Positions 38,148-46,460 of a DNA stretch of 64,000 nucleotides are shown piece by piece; the first letter of the stretch is position 1; each line of letters starts with the position of its first letter. The notes under the pieces were generated by a model, which did no database searches, was not told where the DNA came from, and was given only the letters and a program-made list of their open reading frames with translations. Origin of the DNA: a virus (Duplodnaviria > Caudoviricetes); the IMG/VR virus record IMGVR_UViG_3300037755_000987, positions 1 to 64,000 of that record, one strand, 5' to 3'. The position numbers were made by a program, and so were the translations under genes.

Positions 38148-38506
38148 TGTCGGCCTACCGGGAGGTGCAGCTCCTCAGCGCCGAGGGCGTTGAGGCCGCG
38201 GGGGTTGGCTCCCAGGTCGACAGCGCCGAGGGATCGGGCCGCTACGTGCCGGGCTCCCTCGAGGCTCGGTTGTGCCTCGACGTCTCGGCTGCCACCGCCG
38301 GCGATCGGACTTTGGACGTCGAGGTCTACGGTGTGGTGGGCGGCGCCGAGTTCCTGATCCACACCTTCGAGCAGGTCGCCGCCGAGGCCACCAGCCAGCA
38401 GTCCGTGGTGGTCCACGCGGTGCCCGCCCGGCTGGTGGTCCGCTACACCCTGCCGGCCGGCACCGGCGGCGACTTCGACTTCGCGGTCCACGTTGTCCGT
38501 GGCTGA
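38147..38506 (+). CDS. all-beta hypothetical protein (possible virion component)
   Basis: Alternating beta pattern; TGATG coupling. Confidence 0.55.
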   Translation: MSAYREVQLLSAEGVEAAGVGSQVDSAEGSGRYVPGSLEARLCLDVSAATAGDRTLDVEVYGVVGGAEFLIHTFEQVAAEATSQQSVVVHAVPARLVVRYTLPAGTGGDFDFAVHVVRG

Positions 38507-39059
38507 TCGGCCGCTGCTCGCCTGCGCGTTCTGGCGCGTCGCCGCGGGGGTGGCGCTGTGCTCCGGCGCTGCAGCGGCGGCTCAGGAGTCCACCCCCGCC
38601 GACGGGCGCCCCTTCGCCGGAGATGCCATCCCGCCGGTCGTGATTGAGCTCGACTTCGAGCTCGCGGCGGAGGGCACCGAGCCGCCGGAGGAGGAGGCGA
38701 AGGAAGCCCCCGAGGCCCCGCCGCTCGAGGCGGAGCGCACCCCCGGCCGTCTGGTCGCCGCCGGCTGGTGCGCTGTGCGGTCCGGATCCGCGGCCGAGGG
38801 CGACGAGCCGGGCTGTGACGTCGGCTTCGGGGCGTCGTTCTGGACGCACCCGGTCGGCGGCCGCGGCTGGCTGTCGGTCGTCGTTCTCGTTGGCGCCGAG
38901 TCGTTTGCGGTCGGGGGCGCCTGGACCGTGTTGGTCGTCGACCGCCCTGTGTCTGTGGGCGTCGGCGTGATGCTGCCGCACGGCGGCGGCGTTGGGATCT
39001 ACCTCGACGGCACGACGCTCGCCGTTGGGGCAACGTTCGGAATTGGAGGCCAATCGTGA
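38499..39059 (+). CDS. secreted beta-strand-rich (OMP-like) protein
   Basis: Signal-peptide-like N-terminus ending AAAAAQE; Gly/aromatic amphipathic strands ending LAVGATFGIG. Confidence 0.5.
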   Translation: MADRPLLACAFWRVAAGVALCSGAAAAAQESTPADGRPFAGDAIPPVVIELDFELAAEGTEPPEEEAKEAPEAPPLEAERTPGRLVAAGWCAVRSGSAAEGDEPGCDVGFGASFWTHPVGGRGWLSVVVLVGAESFAVGGAWTVLVVDRPVSVGVGVMLPHGGGVGIYLDGTTLAVGATFGIGGQS

Positions 39060-39547
39060 GAAAGGGTTTGGACCGGATCGGAAAAGCGCTGTTGGTGTTC
39101 CTCGAACTGCGGGTGTTCCTCCCCTCGCCGTTCTGGCGGTGGCCGTCAGCGTGGGGGGTGGCCTGGCGCGCGGTAGCGGCCGCCAGCGTCCTCCTCGCCC
39201 TCCCCGCTGCGATTCTCTGGGCCGGCGGCGGGGAGGACTGCCCACCGGAGCACGTCAGCGTTCCGGTGGTCGTCCCCGGGAACGCCGGGGCGACGGTTGG
39301 GTGCGTGCCGCTGGCGGCCCTCCGGGACGTCTGCAACCCGCCGCGGGTCGTTGCCGCATCGGCCGAGTCGGCTGACCCGGTCGACTGCCCGGTCGCCTGC
39401 AAGCTGGGCCTCGTGAACCTGATCGAGGCGATCGCCGCGCTTCGGTCCCGCGTCGACGAGCACGAGCTCCGCTTTCACCCCGGACTACCGAGCACAGGTC
39501 GGACTGACACCGTGCTCTTCGAGCCCGCCCTTCTGGAGACGCCATGA
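39056..39547 (+). CDS. single-TM membrane protein
   Basis: TM AVAAASVLLALPAAILWAGG; 4 Cys. Confidence 0.5.
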   Translation: MRKGLDRIGKALLVFLELRVFLPSPFWRWPSAWGVAWRAVAAASVLLALPAAILWAGGGEDCPPEHVSVPVVVPGNAGATVGCVPLAALRDVCNPPRVVAASAESADPVDCPVACKLGLVNLIEAIAALRSRVDEHELRFHPGLPSTGRTDTVLFEPALLETP

Positions 39548-40053
39548 ACCGACACCGCCTCACAGTCCTCGCCCTCGCCACGCTTCTCGCCTTCGCCACC
39601 GGCCTGTCCGGCGGCTGTGCGTCCGGAGCCGCCGTCGTCGTTCCTGTCGACGCCAAGGTCTACCAGGACACCACGGAGGAGCGTGCGGCCTGGTACGCCG
39701 GCTGCGAATGGTGCCGTCGCCACCCACAGATGTTCCGACCGTCGACCCTCCCCGGCGGCAGCCGTCCTGGCTACCGTCCCGGGCCGTCAGCGAGTTGGCT
39801 GTTGGCGAACGGGTACACCCACAAGCGGCAGACGACCGCCGTCGGCCCTCGCTTCGTTGCCGTGGCGGCGGAGCTGTGCACTCGGCAAACGACCCCCGTA
39901 TTCAGCGACGAGTGGGGCGTCACGATGATCGACGCGCGCATCCAGGGGTTGACGTGCGCGGGGGTCTACTGGGGCCCCCAGGGGCGTTATTGCAGCGCTA
40001 GCTACTCCGAACAGGGTTGCTCTGCCGCCGAGGTAGAGAGGGGCGCGCCGTGA
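39544..40053 (+). CDS. predicted lipoprotein
   Basis: MNRHR, hydrophobic stretch, lipobox-like LSGGC. Confidence 0.6.
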   Translation: MNRHRLTVLALATLLAFATGLSGGCASGAAVVVPVDAKVYQDTTEERAAWYAGCEWCRRHPQMFRPSTLPGGSRPGYRPGPSASWLLANGYTHKRQTTAVGPRFVAVAAELCTRQTTPVFSDEWGVTMIDARIQGLTCAGVYWGPQGRYCSASYSEQGCSAAEVERGAP

Positions 40054-40385
40054 GCCTGGTGTCCGCTACCGCTCTTCCGCGGGTCGAGGATGCGGAGCGG
40101 GTGATCGCCGAACTGCTCGACCAGGTCCACCCCCGCTGGCGCCAGCAGCCGGTCGCCTACGGCCCGGTGGGCGCGGCGGTCGCGTTCCTCGGGGGCGAGC
40201 GCCCGCCGCCGCGGGAGGCAGACGCCGAGCTGCGCACGGCAGCCGGGCTCTCCATCCTCGACCTCGAGCGCGTACCGGGATCGCTCGCTCATGCCGCCGC
40301 GGAGCGGCTGCGCGTCGCCATCGCGCGGGCGGCGCCGGCAGCGGTGGACGAAGAGACGATCGCAAGAACCGGAGGGTCGGAGTGA
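40050..40385 (+). CDS. hypothetical protein
   Basis: GTGA overlap. Confidence 0.5.
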   Translation: MSLVSATALPRVEDAERVIAELLDQVHPRWRQQPVAYGPVGAAVAFLGGERPPPREADAELRTAAGLSILDLERVPGSLAHAAAERLRVAIARAAPAAVDEETIARTGGSE

Positions 40386-40723
40386 CGGGTGCGTATGCGG
40401 GCGCCGAGCGGCTACGGGAAGAGGACATGCGACGCGTGGCGCTGACGAGCAAGAAGGCCAGAGAGCTGATCGCCAGTGGAAAGGCTAGGGAGCTTCGCGA
40501 TCCGGTACTGGTCGACCACCTCGGGGCGATCAGCTACCGAGGGTGGAAGCTCTACGAGCGCCCCGGTAGGAACCCCCCGCGGTGGACCGCCACCCTGGGT
40601 GGGCGCTGCGTATCAGCCTCGGAGCTCGAGGTTCTGCTGGCGAGGGTCGACGAGCGGGAGGGGTTGGGGCGGCCGGGGACGGCGATCGGCGGCGGCGGCG
40701 ACGAGGAGGTGGTGAGTCCATGA
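40382..40723 (+). CDS. hypothetical protein
   Basis: GTGA overlap. Confidence 0.45.
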   Translation: MTGAYAGAERLREEDMRRVALTSKKARELIASGKARELRDPVLVDHLGAISYRGWKLYERPGRNPPRWTATLGGRCVSASELEVLLARVDEREGLGRPGTAIGGGGDEEVVSP

Positions 40724-42093
40724 GAACCTTCCCCCAGCCCGCCCTCGACTCGCTGGTCCTGCCGAAGAGCGAGGGCGGGGTCCACCACCCGCCCCGCGCC
40801 ATGATGGCGTGGGCGCACGAAGGGCGATTCCTCGACCAGCCATACCGCGAGCAACCTGAGGACTCCGGCACCACGAACCATCGAATCCAGCGCTGCGCCG
40901 GCTGGATCGTGCACACCCGCGGCCGCGACCCTCGATACGTCGGGTGGTGGATCGACCAGATGGGCCGGTGGCGCCGGGAAGGCGAGCAGCTCGGTGAGCA
41001 GGACACCGACACGTACGACGCGCACTACATCGGCGCCCTCGTTCAGGTGGCCGCGCTGGCGCTGGCGGAGGGCCTCGAGCAACTCTACGCCGCCACCGCG
41101 GCCGCGCTCGCGCGGTGGGTCAGCCTTCGCCTGCTCATCACCGACCCGCGTACCCTCCGGTCGGCGGGGCCGGGCCGCCGCTGTGGCGACCCCTTCGGCC
41201 GGTCGCTCAAGCGCGACATCGGGGTGTGCCAGCTCACCAGGGCGGCGGTACCGCGCGGCTGGCGCTGGCCGGTCACCGACGTGGCGATGATGGAGCCGCA
41301 CCTGGTGGCGTCGCTGGCGCCGGCGCTGCCCCGCCTCTCGCGCAAGGTTGGCGCACTGCCCGTGCTGGAGGACCGGATGATCGTCCAGCCCCACGCGAAC
41401 GGCTACGCCGCGACGACGCCGGTGAGCACCATGAGGTCGGGCCGCGGCGGGTCGATCCTGTGGGGGGTCAGCCACGTCTACGGCAGCGACGAGGACCACT
41501 CCTACGCCGGGGTCGGCTGGCGCGATCTCGGCCTGCCCTACGATGCCAAGGAGGCGGCCGGCATCCCCAGGATCGGGATACCGCCCAACCCGCGACGGCC
41601 CTTCGCTCGCCAGATGGGCGGCGGCCCGATGCCGATGCCGCTGCCGGGCCTGCCGGGGATCGGCGAACCGGTTGGCGCGCCCGTCGTGGTCGAGTCGGCC
41701 AGCGGCGGCGGTGGCGAGCAGCCCGCCCCGCCGCCACCGAAACCGCAGCCGAAGCCGCCGAAGCCCTCAGCGCCCGCGCGCGGCCGCTGGTCGGTTGCGG
41801 CGGGTGCGGCCTTCCGTCTCGCCCTGGCGGACGCGCGTCCCAACCAGCCGCTCATCAGGGCGCCCGGGGCCGAGTTGACGATCACGCTGCGCGATACCCG
41901 CACCAAGGAGCCGCGGGGAGTCGTCGCGCGAGCGGTCGCCGATCCCAAGGGCGGGCCGCTGGTCGTCGCTGGCGCCGGCTCTCAGCGCTGGCTGCTCGAC
42001 ACCGTCGACACGGAGAGCGACCAGCCGGCGACACTGGTCGTCCAGTCGCAAGGAGACGAACGGCCGCTGATCTTCATCCGGCAGCACACGTAG
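40720..42093 (+). CDS. 457-aa two-domain protein with Pro-rich linker
   Basis: Helical N-domain, PAPPPPKPQPKPPKP linker, beta-rich C-domain. Confidence 0.65.
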   Translation: MRTFPQPALDSLVLPKSEGGVHHPPRAMMAWAHEGRFLDQPYREQPEDSGTTNHRIQRCAGWIVHTRGRDPRYVGWWIDQMGRWRREGEQLGEQDTDTYDAHYIGALVQVAALALAEGLEQLYAATAAALARWVSLRLLITDPRTLRSAGPGRRCGDPFGRSLKRDIGVCQLTRAAVPRGWRWPVTDVAMMEPHLVASLAPALPRLSRKVGALPVLEDRMIVQPHANGYAATTPVSTMRSGRGGSILWGVSHVYGSDEDHSYAGVGWRDLGLPYDAKEAAGIPRIGIPPNPRRPFARQMGGGPMPMPLPGLPGIGEPVGAPVVVESASGGGGEQPAPPPPKPQPKPPKPSAPARGRWSVAAGAAFRLALADARPNQPLIRAPGAELTITLRDTRTKEPRGVVARAVADPKGGPLVVAGAGSQRWLLDTVDTESDQPATLVVQSQGDERPLIFIRQHT

Positions 42094-42111
42094 GACCAAC
42101 CCGAGAGGAGC

Positions 42112-42447
42112 ATGAGCATGAGCGAAGCGAGCACGACACCAGGCCAGGCCGTCTCGCACGGCCGCATCGTCGAGTACACCTTCAGCGCAGGCGACGCACC
42201 TCCGGGCGCTGCGGAAGGCGATCGCCGGGCGGCGGTGATCGTCCGGGTCTGGTCGCCGGAGGCCGCCGGCAACGGCTGCGCGAACCTGCTGGTCTTCCTC
42301 GACGGCGAGAACGACGTGCCGGTCCCGCCAGGGGCGCCCTCCCAGGACGCGGCCGGCCAGATCGCTGCGGCGATGGCCTGGATGACGAGCCGGACCTTCG
42401 ACCCGGACGGCGCTCCCGGCACCTGGCGCTGGCCGACGCGAGTGTAG
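42112..42447 (+). CDS. conserved phage hypothetical protein
   Basis: GRIVEY, RAAVIVRV, NLLVFLD, GTWRWP. Confidence 0.75.
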   Translation: MSMSEASTTPGQAVSHGRIVEYTFSAGDAPPGAAEGDRRAAVIVRVWSPEAAGNGCANLLVFLDGENDVPVPPGAPSQDAAGQIAAAMAWMTSRTFDPDGAPGTWRWPTRV

Positions 42448-42482
42448 TAACCTCGCCGCCTCATCGGTTCCTCCAGCGGGCT

Positions 42483-42511
42483 GGGTCGGCCGATTCGCTC
42501 CCGGTCGACCC
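42483..42511 (+). terminator. GC hairpin upstream of tRNA
   Basis: GGGTCGGCCG/CGGTCGACCC 10-bp stem, followed by only a weak T-tract. Confidence 0.4.
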
Positions 42512-42534
42512 CGCCCCGGTTCTTTCCGCCCCGA

Positions 42535-42610
42535 CGCTCGGTGGCGCAGCGGTCAGCGCGGCGGGTCCATAGCCCGCAGGTCGTGGGTTCGAATCCCACC
42601 CGAGCAACCA
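42535..42610 (+). tRNA. initiator tRNA-fMet (CAT), variant anticodon loop
   Basis: C1:A72 mismatch, G2:C71, C3:G70, A73, three G:C pairs in anticodon stem, loop TC-CAT-AG, CCA encoded. Confidence 0.9.
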
Positions 42611-42630
42611 ACCTTCTGAGGGTGTGCCAG

Positions 42631-42945
42631 GTGAAGGACGTCCAGGTCGAAGACCTACAGCTCGTCGAGATCGTCTGGGTCGACAGCCACTCGCCGAACA
42701 CCAGCGGATGGGTGGACCTCGAGGACATCGAGGGGCTCGGCAGCCGCCTCGAGGTGCGCAGCGCCGGCTACGTGATCGACCAGGAGACGAACGAGCACGC
42801 CGTCACGGTGGCCTCCCACGTCAGCCAGGTCTTCAACGGCCACCCAGGCTCGCTCTTTGGGGTGATGACGATCCCCCGCGTCGCCATCGTCTCGATGCGC
42901 GAGATCAAGCCCGCGCGGAAGAACCGGCGGAGAAGCGGTGAATAA
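42631..42945 (+). CDS. conserved phage hypothetical protein
   Basis: VEIVWVDS--GW, RSAGYV, TIPRVAI. Confidence 0.7.
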   Translation: MKDVQVEDLQLVEIVWVDSHSPNTSGWVDLEDIEGLGSRLEVRSAGYVIDQETNEHAVTVASHVSQVFNGHPGSLFGVMTIPRVAIVSMREIKPARKNRRRSGE

Positions 42946-42989
42946 GCTGCGGAGGCCCCTGGCGTCTCAATGCGGAAATCCTAAGGAAC

Positions 42990-43003
42990 GTTTCCCGTGA
43001 AAC
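42990..43003. promoter_or_regulatory. parS-like palindrome
   Basis: GTTTCCCGTGAAAC, 13/14 match to GTTTCACGTGAAAC. Confidence 0.55.
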
Positions 43004-43440
43004 CTGTGGAAGTTCTGGTGGTCGTCGACATGCAGAACACCTACGCTGCGGCGCGGAGCGGCGAGCTGATCTCCGCGATCGAGCAGGCCGCGGCGCAGGT
43101 CGTCGAACGTGGTGGCCGGATCATCGAGCTTGCCTACGACGACGGCGGCTCTTCGACGGTGCGGCTGCCGCCCGGAACGCCACGCCTCCAGAAGGCGCAC
43201 GACGACGGGTCCGAGGTAGTGGTCGCCTGGCTTGAGGGCGCCGGCGTGGTGCCGGAGGTAGTGCGCGTCGTCGGCGTCAACTTCACCGCGTGCGTGATGG
43301 TGACAGCGGTCGCTCTGGCCGACCGACTCCGCGGCATCCACGCGCCAGGCATTGGACCGCTGGTCCAGGTGGTGGCAGACCACTGCGCCGACAACACGAC
43401 CCACAACTTTCGGGTCGTCGCGCACTGGCCGCAACGGTGA
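42997..43440 (+). CDS. isochorismatase/nicotinamidase-like cysteine hydrolase
   Basis: LVVVDMQN (Asp), QKAHDDGS (Lys), VVGVNFTACV (Cys). Confidence 0.75.
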   Translation: MKPVEVLVVVDMQNTYAAARSGELISAIEQAAAQVVERGGRIIELAYDDGGSSTVRLPPGTPRLQKAHDDGSEVVVAWLEGAGVVPEVVRVVGVNFTACVMVTAVALADRLRGIHAPGIGPLVQVVADHCADNTTHNFRVVAHWPQR

Positions 43441-43802
43441 TGACCGCGCTGCTGTCCCCCCTCTACCACTGGAGCCCGCGGCGCCACCGCGTCTCGATCC
43501 TCGAGCACGGGCTCCGCACTATGCAGCCATGGCGCAGCACGGAGACGAACCCGGACGGCTCCGAAGTGCGGTTCCCGTGGATCTGCTGCTCGCCGTCGCC
43601 TTCGTCCGCGCTGGGCCTGGTGCTCGACCTCGAGGCTGAGGAGGACGGCTGGGATCTCTGGCAGGTGGACCTGCGTGACGGGGACCGCATCGAGATCCGC
43701 AGCGACTTCGGCCCGCGGGTGCGGGAGGTTCGGGTGCTGCACGGCCTGCCGGCCGACCGGGTATTCTGGTGCGGATGGCGCGACACGGATGGGCCGCACT
43801 GA
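43440..43802 (+). CDS. small ADP-ribosyltransferase-fold protein (putative)
   Basis: LYHWSP--SILEHGL, WICCS, terminal EVRV. Confidence 0.55.
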   Translation: MTALLSPLYHWSPRRHRVSILEHGLRTMQPWRSTETNPDGSEVRFPWICCSPSPSSALGLVLDLEAEEDGWDLWQVDLRDGDRIEIRSDFGPRVREVRVLHGLPADRVFWCGWRDTDGPH

Positions 43803-43821
43803 GGCAGAACCCGCGACAGTT

Positions 43822-43830
43822 TGATATACT
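43822..43830 (+). promoter_or_regulatory. extended -10 promoter, class B
   Basis: TGATATACT. Confidence 0.55.
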
Positions 43831-43837
43831 CCTCCTA

Positions 43838-43862
43838 CCCCCCCCCAAACCCCCAAACCCCC
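43838..43862. repeat. C9-AAA-C5-AAA-C5 tract
   Basis: Read directly from sequence. Confidence 0.9.
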
Positions 43863-43883
43863 GAGAGGAGGGCGTCCCGCACG

Positions 43884-44153
43884 ATGCCACAGGAACCGCA
43901 CCAGACCACCGGACTGAGAGCCGAGTGGATCGACCACCTCGGCCGCCTGGCCGCCGGCGCCGGCCGTCTCACGCAAGCTCGTCGCGACGGCGTTCGCGCA
44001 TCGCTCTTCGCTGTCTGGTCGATCGCCACGGCCCTGCAGATCAGCGCAGACGCTTCGACCACTCCCGCGCCGCAGTGGGTTGACGCGCTGCTGGTCTTCG
44101 CCGCCCTGACGCTGGGAACCTACGCTCTCGGGCTTCGGGAGGCATCGCGATGA
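43884..44153 (+). CDS. small 2-TM membrane protein
   Basis: Two hydrophobic segments; GAGGAGG RBS. Confidence 0.55.
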   Translation: MPQEPHQTTGLRAEWIDHLGRLAAGAGRLTQARRDGVRASLFAVWSIATALQISADASTTPAPQWVDALLVFAALTLGTYALGLREASR

Positions 44154-44335
44154 GTACCTGCGATTGCGATCCCGACGAGATCATCGCCGCCCTCCGGCAC
44201 TCCCCCGGACAGGTCCTCTTCTGCCGCTCCTGCGACCGCATCGTCAGTAGCGCGGCCGCGGGCGGGAACTGCCCCGACTGCGGCTACCAGCTCGAGCCGT
44301 ACCAGCTTCCCGCAAGCCCCACGGTGCGGCCATGA
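44150..44335 (+). CDS. small zinc-ribbon protein
   Basis: FCRSC, CPDCG. Confidence 0.55.
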   Translation: MSTCDCDPDEIIAALRHSPGQVLFCRSCDRIVSSAAAGGNCPDCGYQLEPYQLPASPTVRP

Positions 44336-44508
44336 GCGGTGACTGGCTCCCCTTCGCCGTGGTTTTCGCCGTCTCCTTCGCCATGACCTCCGCCGGCATT
44401 CTCTTCGGCTTCCGCCGCGGGGTCCGTGCTGGCGCTTTCGCCAGCCAAGAAGCCTTCGTGGCTGCCATGCGAAGGGTCGGACTGAGCAAGAATGAGGAGG
44501 ACACCTGA
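44332..44508 (+). CDS. small single-TM protein
   Basis: WLPFAVVFAVSFAMTSAGILFGF; ATGA overlap. Confidence 0.5.
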   Translation: MSGDWLPFAVVFAVSFAMTSAGILFGFRRGVRAGAFASQEAFVAAMRRVGLSKNEEDT

Positions 44509-44633
44509 TGCCCGCCCCGGACTTCGCCCTCCGCCTCGCCCTCGCCTCGCTGGTGCTCCTCGCCTGCCTGCTCGCGGTCGTCGCGGCCCCCGAACTGGGC
44601 GCGCTGTGGCGGCGCGTGCGGGGGCTGCGCTGA
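44508..44633 (+). CDS. small single-TM protein (41 aa)
   Basis: LALASLVLLACLLAVVA; TGATG coupling; GAGGAGG RBS. Confidence 0.5.
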   Translation: MPAPDFALRLALASLVLLACLLAVVAAPELGALWRRVRGLR

Positions 44634-44776
44634 TGCCCTGGTACTTCCTCGGCGCCCTCGTGCTCGCCACCCTTGCCGCCACCGCCGTCTGTGTCGCCGC
44701 CGTGGTGGCCGGCAAGGCAGATGACGACCTGCATGACGAGAGCGTGCTGCCCAGCGACTGGAGCGTCGGGCCGTGA
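44633..44776 (+). CDS. small single-TM protein
   Basis: WYFLGALVLATLAATAVCVAAVV; TGATG coupling. Confidence 0.5.
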   Translation: MPWYFLGALVLATLAATAVCVAAVVAGKADDDLHDESVLPSDWSVGP

Positions 44777-44822
44777 GGCTGGTCCTCTGCCGCGCGGTTC
44801 GGGCGTTCTGGTCCTCTGCGCC

Positions 44823-45179
44823 GTGAGGTCAGGCGGCCGGCTGACCCGTGGACCACGGCGCCGGCGCCGCGCCGACCAGGACGAACTACGCTGGCTCTGC
44901 CGCTGCACCGACGGCAACCACATCGGATGGGCGGTCCACGTCGACCGGCTCAGCGCCATGTTCCAAGCGACCCGCTGTTGCCGGAGGGAACCGGGGCTGC
45001 GGGTCGCCAGGATCTTCGACCAACTCCCGCCCGGCTACGACGTCGACCGCCAGGGCAACATCCTGAACCGCGCCGGCCACCGCGTAGCCGACCGTTGGGA
45101 GAGGCGGCTGGACATGGTTCTTTGGGAGATCCGGCGGCTGCCGGCGATGACCCTGCCGGACGGAAGGGTCCGGGCCTGA
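44823..45179 (+). CDS. hypothetical protein
   Basis: Coupled to downstream ORF; start uncertain. Confidence 0.45.
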   Translation: MRSGGRLTRGPRRRRRADQDELRWLCRCTDGNHIGWAVHVDRLSAMFQATRCCRREPGLRVARIFDQLPPGYDVDRQGNILNRAGHRVADRWERRLDMVLWEIRRLPAMTLPDGRVRA

Positions 45180-45442
45180 TGATCCACCTCGACTCGACGT
45201 CGCTCTGGAAGGTGCAACGCGCACGGCAGCTCGACCAGCAGCAGCTCGCCGCGTTCCTGGGAGGGTGCGAGCTCGCCGGCGTCGAAGCGTCGGGCGCCGA
45301 ACTGACCGCTTGGCGGAAGGGCACCGGCGCCGCCTTCCTGGCGTGGCGAGGTGCCCGCCGCGGCGTTCGCCGAGAGCTGAAGGCGCGGTGGGCGCTGTCG
45401 GGCGAGATCATCGCGCGCGACTGCAGGTGGAAGGCAGGGTGA
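45179..45442 (+). CDS. hypothetical protein
   Basis: TGATG coupling. Confidence 0.5.
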   Translation: MIHLDSTSLWKVQRARQLDQQQLAAFLGGCELAGVEASGAELTAWRKGTGAAFLAWRGARRGVRRELKARWALSGEIIARDCRWKAG

Positions 45443-45696
45443 TGGGCTGCCCGCCGGCCGTCTACGATGCCCGCTACTACGAAGGGCTCCACAAGGTGGT
45501 GTGGCGCCGCGCCGGCTACCAGCGGGCGCTCTCCGCCTCGCTCGCTGCCGATCGGGCCGCTCGGCGAAGCCACACGCCGGCTCCCGCGACCCTCAGCACG
45601 GCAGCCCCGCGCCAGCGGCCACCTCGGCCCCGCGACCGTGGCGCTCGCAACCGCCGGCGCCGGAACCCCACCGCGCACCGATGCTGCCTTCGCTGA
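45442..45696 (+). CDS. basic hypothetical protein
   Basis: TGATG coupling. Confidence 0.4.
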   Translation: MGCPPAVYDARYYEGLHKVVWRRAGYQRALSASLAADRAARRSHTPAPATLSTAAPRQRPPRPRDRGARNRRRRNPTAHRCCLR

Positions 45697-46460
45697 TGGG
45701 CCGCCCTCGCCGCCACGGTGAACGCAAGCGCCGCCTGGCTGTGCGCCTGTACCGCGACGAAGGGCTGTCGATCAGCCTGGTCACCGCACGGCTGAACGAA
45801 GGAGCTCGCAAGGTGGTGTCGGCGACGTGGGTCTACCAGGTCCTCGACGCCGCCGGCGTGGTCAGGCGCTGCCCGGCTTGGCCGAGCTCGCTGGTGGCTC
45901 GCGCCGTTGAGCTCTACGTTGACCAACGCCTGAGCGCCCGAGGCGTCGCCAGGGAGCTCGCGGCCGAGAACGGCGGCCGCGGCCCGAGCCACGAGTGGGT
46001 CCACCGGCGGCTACTCGAGCGTGGCGTCTACCGCTGCCGCTCGGCGTCGCAGCGGGCCCGGCGGGAGGCCGAGGCCGGCCAGGACTACGCGGAGGCCGAG
46101 CGTCAGGCCGTGGCGCTGTACGGGGAGGGCTTCGGAGCCCCGACCGTGGCCGGCCGGCTGGGCGTCTCGAAGACGACGGTCCTGCGCTGGGTCCGGGCCC
46201 GGCGCGCGGCCGACGCCACCCGCAAGCGAGCGTGGGAAGCGCCGACCGACGCCGTCCGTGAGCGGCTCAGAAAGCGCGCCGAGGTGATCCGCCTCCGCGG
46301 CGAGCGCAAGACCTACGCCGCGATCGAGGAGGCGACCGGCGTGAGCGGACCCACGATCTACGGTTGGCTCCGGGCCGCCGGGATGGTTCGGGCGCAGCCA
46401 CGGCGTCGCGTCCCGTGCAGGTACCGCCTTCCTGGCGCCCCCGACGAGGCGATGCCATGA
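45696..46460 (+). CDS. four-HTH tandem repeat DNA-binding protein
   Basis: AVRLY-EGLS, AVELY--RLS, AVALY-EG-GVSKTTVLRWV, GVSGPTIYGWL. Confidence 0.75.
   Translation: MGRPRRHGERKRRLAVRLYRDEGLSISLVTARLNEGARKVVSATWVYQVLDAAGVVRRCPAWPSSLVARAVELYVDQRLSARGVARELAAENGGRGPSHEWVHRRLLERGVYRCRSASQRARREAEAGQDYAEAERQAVALYGEGFGAPTVAGRLGVSKTTVLRWVRARRAADATRKRAWEAPTDAVRERLRKRAEVIRLRGERKTYAAIEEATGVSGPTIYGWLRAAGMVRAQPRRRVPCRYRLPGAPDEAMP

Noticed and set aside
44773-44826. 17-codon ORF with a small CTGGTCCTCTGC duplication
   Set aside because: Too short; probably a local duplication scar
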